A stretch of 63,190 nt of DNA, counting the filler, from Globobulimina sp. (taxonomy: Eukaryota), in the NCBI GenBank assembly GCA_003354225.1. It is 37 parts of 37 records of this genome, joined end to end, with 100 filler letters (N's around TTAATTAATTAA, not from the genome) between each part and the next. Parts side by side here need not be neighbours in the genome. Positions count along the whole stretch, not along the records: positions 34,228 to 35,837 come from PIVH01014133.1; positions 35,938 to 37,547 come from PIVH01014134.1; positions 37,648 to 39,257 come from PIVH01014135.1; positions 39,358 to 40,967 come from PIVH01014136.1; positions 41,068 to 42,677 come from PIVH01014137.1; positions 42,778 to 44,387 come from PIVH01014138.1; positions 44,488 to 46,097 come from PIVH01014139.1; positions 46,198 to 47,807 come from PIVH01014140.1; 29 more parts are not named here. One strand, 5' to 3'. This document shows positions 34,228 through 46,559 of the stretch, one piece after another. A program made the position numbers and the translations under genes. The notes under the pieces are model-generated. The model saw only the letters and a program-made list of their open reading frames with translations. It was not told the origin of the DNA and made no database searches. Within the stretch, counting starts at the first letter, position 1. Every line of letters starts with the position of its first letter.

Positions 34228-35766
34228 CCAAATATCAATGCAGACACAATAAATATTGATGGATATCCGCGAACACAATTAAACGATTTACCAGCTGCAA
34301 TATCTCGAGCAATACAAACATTTAACACATTGGATGTAAAACGTCGTGTTTTGGTTATATTCAATGGACAAATGCAAGCAGATTATCCTAATGATTCCGA
34401 CGGAGTCTGTCCTGTAAAAGCAACGCTTGATAACGAAGGTAATTATTTTTGTATATACAAATTTGTGTTTTCAAGTATGGTACAAATACCGTAAAACGTT
34501 TTATTTCCAAGAAAGATGCAAAATGTACTTGACAAAAATGAGTATTTTCTGCCATACACAGGAGTCACAGTACTTGTTGTATCATATACAATATTCGAGC
34601 CAGAACCGGCCCGAAACTTAAGCTGTTTGGTGGATACAATCGATGCATATAACAGCATCCCATACAGTGCTATTTTAGGAGCACCACTCTGGTCTTGGGG
34701 AGGATTCCCCATCGAAGCCAAGTTATCGTGGGATTTATGTGAAACTGCAAGGTCCCCCATTTTGTTCCCCACCTCTTTCCCCACCGACAATCCAACCAAT
34801 TCCACCACGCATGCACCCACTACCAAAGCGCCATCCTCACCGCCACCACGACCGGCAACCTGTGCTGACACATTTGCTGATACTTGGGATACGCACATAT
34901 GGTTTGAAGTAACTGTGCCGGCTGGTATAGGAAGCATTATTTTTCATACTTGCTTTGTTTTCACCTCATTAGATACACAGTTAGATCTCTACGATGCAGC
35001 ACAGACACAATTGATTGGCAGTGCTGATGATGGATGCAATGATGGCAGTGGCAAATCTAAATTACAATTGGATGGTATAAATAGTAAAAATGCCACCATA
35101 TACATGTTAAAATTAAGCAGTAATGATTTAGATGTCGATGGTACGTGGAAATTGCATATTTTATGCATTGCAGCAGCTCCAACCTATCATCCTACACAAA
35201 CGCCTACCAATGAGCCTACATTTTTGCCTACGATGCAGACTAATAATCCAACACCAAATCCTACTCCAAAACCTACAAAATCGCCCACAAATAATCCAAC
35301 TGAGATACCCACAAATAATCCATCAAAATACCCTACAATTCTGCCTACGGATTTGCCAACAAATGATCCAACAAAACTACCTACACAACAACCTACAAAA
35401 TTGCCCACATATCAACCGACCAAACTTCCCACGCATATATATCAGCCTACTCAATCACCAATACATTATCCTACTCAATCTCCAACTGTACCGCTACCAA
35501 CATGGCGGCCAACGGCAGCTCCACAAAGTATAGTGATACCAAGTGTTTCTCCGACAGAAAATCCGACAATAGAGCCGACTGATGATCCTCCCCCAATACC
35601 AAGTGTTTTACCAACAACAAATCCGACAAGAATACCTAGCGTGTTTCCGACAAAAATACCAACTGTTTTTCCTACGGTGATACCAAGTGATGTAGATAAT
35701 GAATGTCTAAATAATGAAACAAATTGGAGAATAAAATATAAACATTCATTTGTGTTACGTTTTTAG
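34228..35766 (+). CDS. Mucin-like surface protein with PT repeats (vWA-like fragment, beta-sandwich domain and PTxx stalk; partial)
   Basis: Dozens of PTxx tetrapeptides and SLDTQLDLYD. An upstream exon RRVLVIFNG is joined by an intron. Confidence 0.75.
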
Positions 35767-36198
35767 ATTTATCTACTTTTGTTTTGTTGTTAAACTGTAA
35801 ATAATGAATGTTTTGTAGTGTCGAGAAAAAAAAGAAGNNNNNNNNNNNNNNNNNNNNNNNNNNNNNNNNNNNNNNNNNNNNTTAATTAATTAANNNNNNN
35901 NNNNNNNNNNNNNNNNNNNNNNNNNNNNNNNNNNNNNTTTTTATTCAAAAAAGTCAGTTGGTTACAATTATTCATCGTAAAAACCAATCACATCAAAAAA
36001 TGTTTCCAAAGGATGGCTCTGATGTATATTGTCGGATTCCAAAAATCATTATACTCATTATACTGTACATGCATATATAGAAATATATTTTTTATATGTT
36101 TTCTTTGTACATGTTTGTAGTTTTAAATGGCAAATCGTCGCTCCCAAAACGTTTTTTTGAAGTGATCATGTCAGTAATGGAAGAAAAAAAAAATTGAA

Positions 36199-37086
36199 AT
36201 GGGGGCTGGGCAAAGACAAATAGTGATTGTAACTGGTGCTAATCAAGGTATTGGTCAATCCATTGCGAAACGAATCAGCAATATAAAATGTTCCATGAAT
36301 GAAGAATACATATATGAAGTTGTGATTATATGTAGAAATAAACAAAAAGGAACGCAAACAATCAATAATTTGCAAAAAGAAACCGGAAATAAAAATATTC
36401 ATTTAATTATATGTGATATTTCATCATATAAAAATGTTCAAAACATATTTGTAAAACAAATTATAAATATACTAAAAACTGGAAATATTAAATGTAATGT
36501 AATTTTAATAAACAATGCCGCTGAATGTCCAAGGAAAAAATCTTTAAATACTGATGGTTTGGAAAGACAGTTTGCGACAAATGTTCTTGGATATCATTTT
36601 ATGATAAGGTCACTATTTGGCCATTTAATTGATATTGAAAATAAACATATATTCAACACTTGCATAAATTTCCAATCATCACGAATTGTGAATATTGCAT
36701 CAAACTGGGCAGGCGATTTAGATATAAATGATTTGCAATTTACGAAAAGAAAGTATCACAACGACACAGCTTATAGACAAAGCAAACAATGTGATCGTAT
36801 GCTAAATTATATATGGTCTGTTAAACTGAAACAATATGGCATATTGGTCAATTGCTGTCATCCCGGAGATCCATGTACGACATTATCAAAATCATTGGGT
36901 TATAATTTATATTCCACAAAGGATTGTAATGTTTGTACTTCACCAATATATTTAGCCATTGATGATAAAATTACTACAACTGGTGGATGGTATGGAAGTG
37001 ATTGTAAATTAAGAAAATGTCAATTTTCACATAATGAACAACTTTGTGCTAATCTTTTTGACGTTTGTGAAAGTTTTTGTGAGTAA
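36199..37086 (+). CDS. Short-chain dehydrogenase/reductase (retinol dehydrogenase-like)
   Basis: IVTGANQGIG, LINNA, RIVNIAS, the catalytic YRQSK and HPG. Confidence 0.92.
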   Translation: MGAGQRQIVIVTGANQGIGQSIAKRISNIKCSMNEEYIYEVVIICRNKQKGTQTINNLQKETGNKNIHLIICDISSYKNVQNIFVKQIINILKTGNIKCNVILINNAAECPRKKSLNTDGLERQFATNVLGYHFMIRSLFGHLIDIENKHIFNTCINFQSSRIVNIASNWAGDLDINDLQFTKRKYHNDTAYRQSKQCDRMLNYIWSVKLKQYGILVNCCHPGDPCTTLSKSLGYNLYSTKDCNVCTSPIYLAIDDKITTTGGWYGSDCKLRKCQFSHNEQLCANLFDVCESFCE

Positions 37087-37111
37087 AAGATTCATTAATG
37101 TTTTATGCATC

Positions 37112-37193
37112 AGCACACTAACTATTTCGTCATTTGCTTGCTTTGTGCTTTTGGTATTGTGTTGTATCAATCAGATAGGTTCTAAAAGGAAAG
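37112..37193 (+). repeat. Dispersed repeat A, copy 2
   Basis: Matches 12113-12202 and starts 25 bp after the SDR stop codon. Confidence 0.85.
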
Positions 37194-37647
37194 TTTATTA
37201 ATATCGATCATGTATGACTGTAATCAGTAATCAGTGTAATGTCAGGCGTTGTCAGCTGCAACCAAATTCATACAACCAGCCATCAATATCATGATCATAT
37301 TGGTATAATTTTAAATGGATGCTTGATCATGGTACAGCCAATTTTGGTATTTGTGATTGTGTTAATATTGGCACATATTAAACCGTCTGAAAAGCTAATC
37401 AACGGAATAAATTTATTTACAAAGCAAAATGTTTTATTGTTAATACAATACCATACACACATAATTCATCCACCAAAAAAATAATATTTCCTCGCAGTAA
37501 ACAAAAAGCTATTTTGCTTTGTAAATAAATTTGTTCCGTTGATTAGCNNNNNNNNNNNNNNNNNNNNNNNNNNNNNNNNNNNNNNNNNNNNTTAATTAAT
37601 TAANNNNNNNNNNNNNNNNNNNNNNNNNNNNNNNNNNNNNNNNNNNN

Positions 37648-38945
37648 ATGGATACACATTCATCTGCTAATCTCTCAAAAACTAAATTTAAACCGAATTT
37701 ACGATGTCCTCTATGATGGAATGCATCATTAATATTATATATTAGACTCAGATCGTTATTTGTAATACGTGATGGTTGCGCTTTGTTACATAATCTGCAA
37801 TGTTTTAAGGTTTTGCTGAATTGATAAATCCGATCAATCATAATTGTTTTATTTATATCGCCACACTCAACACATTGGAAGTTATAATATTCAAATTTTA
37901 GCCATAATACTATGAATTCTCGATAGGATTTTAAATATTTGTCTTTTTTCAAGTCAACCGGTAATATTTTACAAAATTGCTTACATATTTTAGATATTTT
38001 CATTTTCAAATTGTTTAAGGTTTTTAATATCGAAGGGTCATTATTTAATTTCAGTTTGATAATATTTAATATAATTTGATAAGTATAGAGTTGAAAGGTA
38101 TTGATATCGCAATAACAGTCTAATTTCAGTCGTTGATCGCATCGTAAATAGGAACATTCCAACGTGACAGCCCAAGCAATAAAGGATTTTAATACTTGAT
38201 CATATTTTTTCTCATCCAAACTCGTTGAATAGTTGTCATATTTCATTTTAATTATCGTTTTTGGCTCATTCTTATAAATGTCAATGATTTGCTTAAACGA
38301 CGCCTTATTAAACGGCTTAAATACCTCTAATTTGAGATATTTCATCAATTCGGCCCTTTTGTTTAAATTAATTCAAAATAAAATCAATAAAAAAATAAAA
38401 ATATTTTTCATATATAAACACAATCAAAACTTGATTAATTCCGCTTTTTCAGCGTAGAGATGGAATTCAAGCCATATTTGAATAAGCTTTTGATATTTTA
38501 ATACATATTCGCTTTGTGCTAATTCATGAGGTAATAATGAACAAATATTCTGCGATATGACCCACACTTTATCGTCGCTGCTATTTCGTAATATATTCAA
38601 TATTATAGCATCATTGTTTGATTTGTGTTTGATAATATTGAGGATAGTCTGATATGTAAACAATTGAAATTCATTCATATCACAAAAACAATTCAATTTG
38701 GAGCGCCCATCACATCTTAAATTTTGACATTTTAATGTTACCGCCCAAACTATAAAGCTTTTTAAAATATCATCATAATTTTTATTGCATAAACTTATTT
38801 CGTGGTTACTTTGCTGCAATTTAATGATTACTTGTTTTTCATTGTTGTAAATATCCAATATCGGCTTAAATGTTTGGTGATCAAACGGCGCATTGTGATT
38901 GTACTGAGCTGTCAATTTCATCATACATTGCGTAAATACATCCAA
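37648..38945 (-). CDS. Hypothetical protein with an internally duplicated helical domain and a CxxC...CxxC motif
   Basis: LKSFIVWAVTLKCQNLRCD...FQLFTYQ is repeated as LKSFIAWAVTLECSYLRCD...FQLYTYQ. A probable intron lies near 38360-38430. Confidence 0.6.
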
Positions 38946-39843
38946 CTGTTGTTTTGTTCGTATATATGTTAAATGTGGTCATTAATATTTCGATTTTACT
39001 TATTCAGTTTCAGGAAAAACATTGTTCTCCAAAACAACTGGATAGTAATTAGTTTTCACTGAGACTCAGCTAGTTTTCGCATATGTTTTTCTATTAAAAA
39101 CGTGGGCGGAGAGCGTGACACCGTGTTTTATATATGACATATGACGCAAACATGGATTTAATCAGCATACATTGAAAACATGTTCATTTAAATAGGTAGT
39201 GGCTATTGTACATGTATGATGCATATGCATTGATAGATTGAACGCGAGCAATACCAANNNNNNNNNNNNNNNNNNNNNNNNNNNNNNNNNNNNNNNNNNN
39301 NTTAATTAATTAANNNNNNNNNNNNNNNNNNNNNNNNNNNNNNNNNNNNNNNNNNNNTAATATTTCAATCAGCAATAAAGGTAACCATGAACTTGGTGCA
39401 GTTTCTGAACAATCTGGATATTGTAAATGCGGTGCTGGCACACCATCGATGTTTGGAATATATTGTTTGTGCGGTTCTAATTTGCGCAATAAACCGTTGA
39501 TGATCTGAATTGCAATGATAATAATCACATCTCCAATTTTCCCGTATTTGGATCTTTCAAATGATTGCATTCTTAATTCGAACGTGCGACTTGTGTCAGT
39601 TGTGTGTGTTTGTTGTACGTCTTTGTATGAAGATAAAAATTTAATTTAATTTTTAAAAAAAGAATTCCGCTTCAAAAATAGCTAATTATTAATTATGAAG
39701 ATTTCATAATCATTCTTTACAAACAAGCCCGAATTCAGTCAGGAATTCAGACAATATTGTCGAATAAATACAAATGTTACCATCTGCTTCAGCAATTTGG
39801 ACATATATTTTAAGCTGAAACTACAATATATTTTCACCAATGG

Positions 39844-39927
39844 CAACATCCATAAACTCAATACACAATCCGTGATTTTTTGCTGTATACCGAGTATGAC
39901 GAAGCAGCTGCAAAATATGGATCTCTA
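39844..39927 (+). repeat. Dispersed repeat B, copy 1 (other copies at 45411-45465 and 45484-45576)
   Basis: TAAACTCAATACAC...CGTGATTTTTTG.TGTATACCGAG...AGCTGCAAAATATGGATCTCTA is shared between contigs. Confidence 0.85.
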
Positions 39928-40562
39928 CTTGAACGATGCTATTAAAAAGATAACCATATTTTTGACTGGTTTGTGTATTTGCGCGGTGTGTCATGTGTTA
40001 TTCTTGAGTAGGATTTTGCATTAAAAAAAGAAATTTGGCAAGAAATTTCGGAGCCATCCAATAAATCTAAAACAAGGTTGTATGTACAACTGAAACAATA
40101 TACTGCACATATTAGCAAGTCTACAAATACTGTTTCCATTTGACCTTATATTGTTTCTATCTGACAGTATAGCGTTGTTATATGACCATATTGTGTTTGC
40201 AAATTAATGGTATTTACAGCACTACTTAAGGTTTGCCGTACGTATTTCTGGTTTCTTGCCATTTCTGAAAAATATTGTTTGATTTGAAAGTTTTGGTATG
40301 ATTGTTAATTTAGAATGACTTTTGTTTGGAATTTGTATTTGGTTTGCAACGCTTATGTGTATAAATCATTATAAAGCTGCTTCATTGTGTGCATTTTGTA
40401 TCTGATAATGTAATAACGTTTTGTTTTGCTGACTATATTTCAGATCATATATCGTTTTCATGATTCGAGCACAAATCTCAAGGCTGAGAAAAAAAAGTTT
40501 ACGTAGTCAAATTTAATTCAGAAAAAAGGTGTGTTTAAAACAAAAAAACAATCAACACAGTT

Positions 40563-40967
40563 TTATTTAATATGTGCAATTTCATCCTCTTGTTCCTTTG
40601 TATCATCAGCATGAACATAAGCTCTTTCTATCCATACTATTCTCTCCAATTCATGCTGTAATCCTAAACAAATATCGTGCGCAATCGCTAATGGTGTATT
40701 TTTATCCAAAACAATGTCAACTTCAGCAATAATGTTGGTGCCATTATGATACGCTGTAACTTTATCTAATGTCATTTTATATTCTTTATTATTCCTCGAA
40801 CGCCGATTATATTCTCGACAAATCCTATTCAGTTCATACAGTTCCTGCTCGTCCGCCACTCTTCCAACCAAGTCAGTGATCTCTTGTTTTGCCAATTTAA
40901 TCCATCCAAAAATAATATAAATGCCAACAAGTATAGCACCGATTTGATCAATACAACTAAACAAATT
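40563..40967 (-). CDS. Cation diffusion facilitator (MTP/TMEM163-type) C-terminus (partial)
   Basis: IDQIGAILV, LVGR, DKVTAYHNG...AEVDIVL...PLAIAHDI...IERAYVHAD. Confidence 0.85.
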   Translation of the reverse strand, partial: NLFSCIDQIGAILVGIYIIFGWIKLAKQEITDLVGRVADEQELYELNRICREYNRRSRNNKEYKMTLDKVTAYHNGTNIIAEVDIVLDKNTPLAIAHDICLGLQHELERIVWIERAYVHADDTKEQEDEIAHIK

Positions 40968-41089
40968 NNNNNNNNNNNNNNNNNNNNNNNNNNNNNNNNN
41001 NNNNNNNNNNNTTAATTAATTAANNNNNNNNNNNNNNNNNNNNNNNNNNNNNNNNNNNNNNNNNNNNTGTCAATAAATTATGCATTCAG

Positions 41090-41593
41090 TTTAGCGATTA
41101 TCCGGAGATGCGATATGATGTTGACATTAATGTGGATGGTGACATTATTATTAACGGCAATGAGCAACAAATATTTAATGTTTTTAGCAATTATAATATC
41201 GGAGATTTTGTGTTTGAATCAGTGGTGAATGGTTCCAGCGCAATCTGCCAATTAATAAGCAATAAATCGACAAATGAGATAGTTTTACAATTTAAAGGAT
41301 TGAAATTTGGATTTAATGTTCGCATTCCAGCGGAGGAGGATTTGTTTGAATTTGTGCCGAAAGCAGAGGTGCTCGATTTGGAGCGTGTGTTATTGGCGCC
41401 AATGCCCGGCAATATATTTTCGATCAATGTGAAAGTGGGCCAGCATGTAGCCGCAGGACAGGAAGCGTGCGTCATTGAGGCGATGAAAATGCAAAATATA
41501 TTTTATGTACAAAAAGATGGAATTGTGAAAAATGTATATGTTAAACAAGGAGATTCGGTGGCTGCTGAACAGAAAATATTTGAAATTGAATAA
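41090..41593 (+). CDS. Biotin-dependent carboxylase alpha subunit C-terminus (propionyl-CoA carboxylase-like; partial)
   Basis: LLAPMPG, VIEAMKMQN biotinylation motif and IVLQFKG. Confidence 0.88.
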   Translation, partial: FSDYPEMRYDVDINVDGDIIINGNEQQIFNVFSNYNIGDFVFESVVNGSSAICQLISNKSTNEIVLQFKGLKFGFNVRIPAEEDLFEFVPKAEVLDLERVLLAPMPGNIFSINVKVGQHVAAGQEACVIEAMKMQNIFYVQKDGIVKNVYVKQGDSVAAEQKIFEIE

Positions 41594-41737
41594 GTAAATA
41601 CATTAATTTTTGATTTTATTCCTTGTACATGCTTGACAATTAAACATATGATGGGGTGAATTAAAAATATTGTCAGAGTTTATGTAGTTTCGCCATATGC
41701 GTTTTTAGCAAACTTTCATTATTTCTTACTATTTACT

Positions 41738-42677
41738 ATGTCTCAATGGACCCCCAAACGCACAAAACGTAATAATAACCGCCGTGGACAGCACAACCAT
41801 GGACAAAAATCCCCAGGGCGGAATTACCGCCAATACACAGACAGTTCTATGAATAATGCCGTACACATAATATGTGTAATATGCAAAAAAGCCCACTCCA
41901 CCTTTTCAACACCAAATAATAACAATAACCGGGCCGATCAATTTATGATCATCAAAAATGAGATTCGGTCGTTAGAAGAAGCAGACTGTCGCCGAGTGTA
42001 TCGAATTTGCGCCAATTTAATCGATGGAAAGACGTCGAAACAAAGCAAAGATCCTCGTGTCTTGAATATGGAGAACCCGCTCATTGCCCGATTGAGTGCA
42101 GTTTTGTGCAACATCGGGTTCCGCAAAATTACTGTTCAGGGACAAAGCAAGTTAAATTACGGCCATTCGAACATGAATGTGCCGCATTACGTTATCGAAA
42201 CGGTAGAAAACATGCAGAAAACCCTTACGTCGCAAAGAAATAATAATAAAATGTCTCAGTGTATGTACTTATGTTGAATTTTATACAATGAATATGAATA
42301 TGAATATAAATATACAGCTTCAGGTTCGAGTTCGTCGTCATTTGATTTGGCGTCGTCGCAATACGGTTCCTATGGCCATGCTGCAATGGCAAATCGACGA
42401 AAAAAGCGTAATATGAATAATCAAAACAATAAGAACCATAATAACGCAAATGCAAACAAAGGGAATGACAGCCATACGGATTATAGCAAAGCAAAGCAAA
42501 TTAAATTAACAGCAATAAGTGAGGCTGTGCGCAAAGGGGAAAGCATAGAAATTGAAATTTTTGGCCGGAAATTCGCGGTCGTAAATGATAAAGAGGCGAA
42601 AGAAAGTGTGGCGAACAGAATCCGTGAGCTCGAGGCTGTGAATCGGGGCAGGACTATCGATGTAGAAATATTCGGCC
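41738..42677 (+). CDS. Hypothetical Asn-rich protein, 2 exons (partial)
   Basis: Two ORFs separated by an intron-like gap (GTATGT...ATACAG); repeated EIFG motif. Confidence 0.5.
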
Positions 42678-42777
42678 NNNNNNNNNNNNNNNNNNNNNNN
42701 NNNNNNNNNNNNNNNNNNNNNTTAATTAATTAANNNNNNNNNNNNNNNNNNNNNNNNNNNNNNNNNNNNNNNNNNNN

Positions 42778-44387
42778 CTCTGTTATTATATTCCTCTAAA
42801 TAATCCCAAAGGCATTTTGCATTGAGTTTATACCAGTCAGCAATTTCATTGTACTCATCTTGTGTCACTAGGAAGTTTCCTTTGAGTGCGTCCCAGAATG
42901 CTTTATAGGGAGGCAGTTGAGTTTCGTCTAGTGTTGATAAACTCGTTATGTAGTCATAAGGAAATGCCCATTTCAACACGGGCAAACCAAAAGATAAGAA
43001 GAACTTTTCCAAACTCGTGCCTGGCGCTACTAGTGAAGCTGCATCTTTGAAAACAATAGTGGCAGTGGCCAATAAAGAGTATGCACTCTGACGTTTGATA
43101 ATTGATTTAACAGGCATGTCCCTATTGTACAGCTCTTCAATTAATGATTTTCGTGCCAGTTTCATGTCAAAACGACTTCCATTCCATGCATAAACTACAT
43201 GAGATTTTGTGTATGAATCAAGTTCAGTCTGATAACGTTTAAGTCTTCGCAGCATGGATTTGAAATAATACTGAATGTCTGGGTCAGCAAATGTGTCATT
43301 AATTTTAGTGTCCAACTCTGACATTTGCTCATTTACTTGTTCAAACACATAGTGTAGTTTTTCTTTCAGCAGCATTTCTGATTTTTTGGCAATAGTGCAA
43401 AGGTAATCAACAAATTGTTTTATAAACTCAGATTCAGTTGTGTACCGACGAATAAATTTCGGTTGATCAAAACCAGGAACAGAACTATTCACGCTGCATG
43501 AACACAGTTCGAGTATTTTTTCAAATGTCAGATTTTGACCTAATCTTCTGCGTGGATCATCATCATCCAGAACCAGATTGATTGTTTCGAAATCAAAAAC
43601 ACTAAAAATTGATAACAATTGGCTACTTGTGTGACATGAAATAAGGACAACTCACCTGAAGTACTGACAATACATATCATCCGGTTTGATTTGAATGCCA
43701 AATTCTTTCAAATTATCAAATAAATTGTTCTCTGGGCATTTATATGCGCCGCCAAAATACCGAGCCCTGTTCTTTGAAGTTTTCACACAAGTTGCTTGGT
43801 GCAGTTTGCATTTGGATCTTTTTTTAAACAATTTATTGCAATGATTGCATGCAAATGTATGAGCATAATTATCGAGTGACGTGATCACACTCAAGTGGCC
43901 CTGGCTTAAATCCAAATTCAATTCTCCATTTTCGGCGTCACATTTTTTAATAGGACTGCATCTTATTAAACGAACTTCAAACTGTTTGATGTTTTTTGGA
44001 TCAATCAGTGTAGAATGTTCTTGGCCGTTACCGAATTTTGGTTCAAGTGAGTAAACTGAGATCTTTAAATTGAAACACAATTCTAATTGAAACAAGTGTT
44101 CCATTGTTATATTGCCAGTGAATTTTTCCGTTGGAATTTTAGAAAATTGTCTAAACTGTTCTGCTAATTCTCTTGCTTTCGTTTGCAGTCCAAGTCCATT
44201 GTACAAATGATAACTAATGCATCTGAACGCACACAAATGATCTATGTATGAATTGCCTTTAGTATCCTTCTGCAACGTTTTGATAAATCTGTGTTGCAGT
44301 ATGTGCTTAGACAGAACAGGAGAATTAGCACCCATCATGGGATACTCCTGCAGCAAATACACAATGGCATTGAAATTCACGATTCTT
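42778..44387 (-). mobile_element. Polinton/Maverick-type protein-primed DNA polymerase B (N-terminal and exonuclease region) with a 54-nt intron at 43602-43655
   Basis: DHLCAFRCI, a C2HC finger, ExoI VFDFET, ExoII YAWNGSRFD, FKDA...PGTSLEKF, FPYDY, LPPYKAF and DYLEEYN. Confidence 0.85.
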
Positions 44388-44741
44388 NNNNNNNNNNNNN
44401 NNNNNNNNNNNNNNNNNNNNNNNNNNNNNNNTTAATTAATTAANNNNNNNNNNNNNNNNNNNNNNNNNNNNNNNNNNNNNNNNNNNNCAAAACATATTTG
44501 TTGAGACATGCGTGGTATGTCACCCACGAGTATATCATGGTGCCTCTTGGAATCCATTCCAATGCAGACGGTGCCCGTATCTCGTTGATTACCTCGCCAG
44601 TTACACACACTGTCAACAGCTTTAAATGACGCGGATTCGTTACACCAAGAGATAAGTGCGCAAAATCATAAATATAAGGATTTAAATGTTGAGTTAATTG
44701 AAGAAAATAATATTTTAAAGCAACAACATAAAAAATATCAA

Positions 44742-45314
44742 TTGGTATTAGAAAATATGCAACGCAACGCACAAAAAAAAGAAATAGAATATCAAAATAA
44801 AGTTGAAATGCTAGAAAATAAAATTGTTGAATACAACAATGAAAAAAATAAAATGAGCGAGAAATATGATCAAATGTCAAAGGAAATGAATTCATTAAAA
44901 CACGAACATAGGCAACAGTTTAAAAAGCAAATGGAAGCTATCTCGCCAGCGCAAGATGTTGGTCATAGAAGATGGGACAATAAAACCTTACGTCTTAACT
45001 TTACACAAAGTTTCACCACGAATGAGCTTTATTCAATGGATGGCGAAATCGCGCAGTCGCATTCTTTTGAAAATCATGATGGCGATGACTTGTTGGAGAA
45101 AGAGCAATTAATTAAAAAATACGTATCAGAAACAACTGAATTGAATCAACAAATTGTTTCCTATAAAAAAAAAATAATACAGAAAAATATACATATAAAT
45201 CAATTAAAATCTAAACAATTAAATGGACATAAAAATGCAAGAAGTCAATTCAACCAAAGACCTAATAATGAACATTTAAGTAAATGCAACGTGTTTGGAT
45301 GGGCTGTTTGGTAA
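44742..45314 (+). CDS. Coiled-coil hypothetical protein (5' unclear)
   Basis: 190-aa E/K/Q-rich ORF with heptad character. Confidence 0.5.
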   Translation: MVLENMQRNAQKKEIEYQNKVEMLENKIVEYNNEKNKMSEKYDQMSKEMNSLKHEHRQQFKKQMEAISPAQDVGHRRWDNKTLRLNFTQSFTTNELYSMDGEIAQSHSFENHDGDDLLEKEQLIKKYVSETTELNQQIVSYKKKIIQKNIHINQLKSKQLNGHKNARSQFNQRPNNEHLSKCNVFGWAVW

Positions 45315-45410
45315 TTTTATGATCCATCGATCCGAAATACGCGAAATTTTTGGATTTTTCGTATTTTGTCGTTTTTTTGATCCTATATTTTAGCATTTTT
45401 TGTACTTTTA

Positions 45411-45576
45411 ATTCATACACCAATCGCGATTTTTTATTGTATACCGAGTCTAAAGAAGCTGCAAACAATGCTATTACATATGCCAACGTCCGTAAACTCA
45501 ATACACCAATCGTGATTTTTTGTTGTATACCGAGCTGTCCGAGCATGAAGAAAGAGCTGCAAAATATGGATCTCTA
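45411..45576 (+). repeat. Dispersed repeat B, two tandem degenerate copies
   Basis: ATACACCAATCG.GATTTTTT.TTGTATACCGAG occurs twice and matches 39844-39927. Confidence 0.8.
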
Positions 45577-46559
45577 TTCTCTACTCGAAGCAAACAATAT
45601 ACCTGCAAACAATGTTATTTATACATATTATTATGACATGAGTCACATCACATGACCAGACAATCGAACTGCTTCTTTATATCATTGCTAAACTTATGTC
45701 CATGATTGAACGATAAAATAACATCAAGTTACCGGTTCACATTGCGATAGTGGGACAACATTCGGCTTAAAATATAAATAACAAAACAGTTACAATATTA
45801 AAAACAAGTGTGAGATTGGTTGCTTCAAACATACAAACATGCCAACAATGTATATTAACATCCCGATCTCCCACGATCAACATGGGAATATTTTTACCAT
45901 TTTGAAACATTGTGGCCAGTGTAATGTTTTCCGAACAATTGACTACTGCCAATTAAGTTCGGAGGCTTAACATTTTAAAGCATGTCACTTTTACAATCAC
46001 TTCTAGCCGAGATTGGATTTTTAAACTACGATAGCGGTTTACATACGAAACATCTATGAAACATATGCATATGCTATCTTGGTTTAAAAGCAATCTCNNN
46101 NNNNNNNNNNNNNNNNNNNNNNNNNNNNNNNNNNNNNNNNNTTAATTAATTAANNNNNNNNNNNNNNNNNNNNNNNNNNNNNNNNNNNNNNNNNNNNTCA
46201 TTTGGGATATTTCATGGTGACACAAATCAGAATACATAACATTACATTTTAACAAACAGAACGAAATTCTTTTCTATTGTAAAACCCACATAGTTTAAAC
46301 GAATAAAAACTATTTAAAGAGGTTGCAGAAATCATCTATTTTCTTTTTTTTGTATTTGCCTTTTTGTTACATATTATCCTTCAATTTATAGTGTACGCCA
46401 TCTGAAAATATGAAAAAAACCTTTTGAACAGAAAAAATATAACTTTTCTAATAATTTAGATTAAGGGCTTGAAAATACTCAGTTCTCCAAGCTCATTTTG
46501 CATTTGGTAATCAAAAATATAATAAAGTCATTCTATTTTATTTTATCAGGATTCAAGGA

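Noticed and set aside
35132-35533. Alternative and antisense ORFs over the PT repeats
   Set aside because: They are shadow frames of the PTxx repeat.
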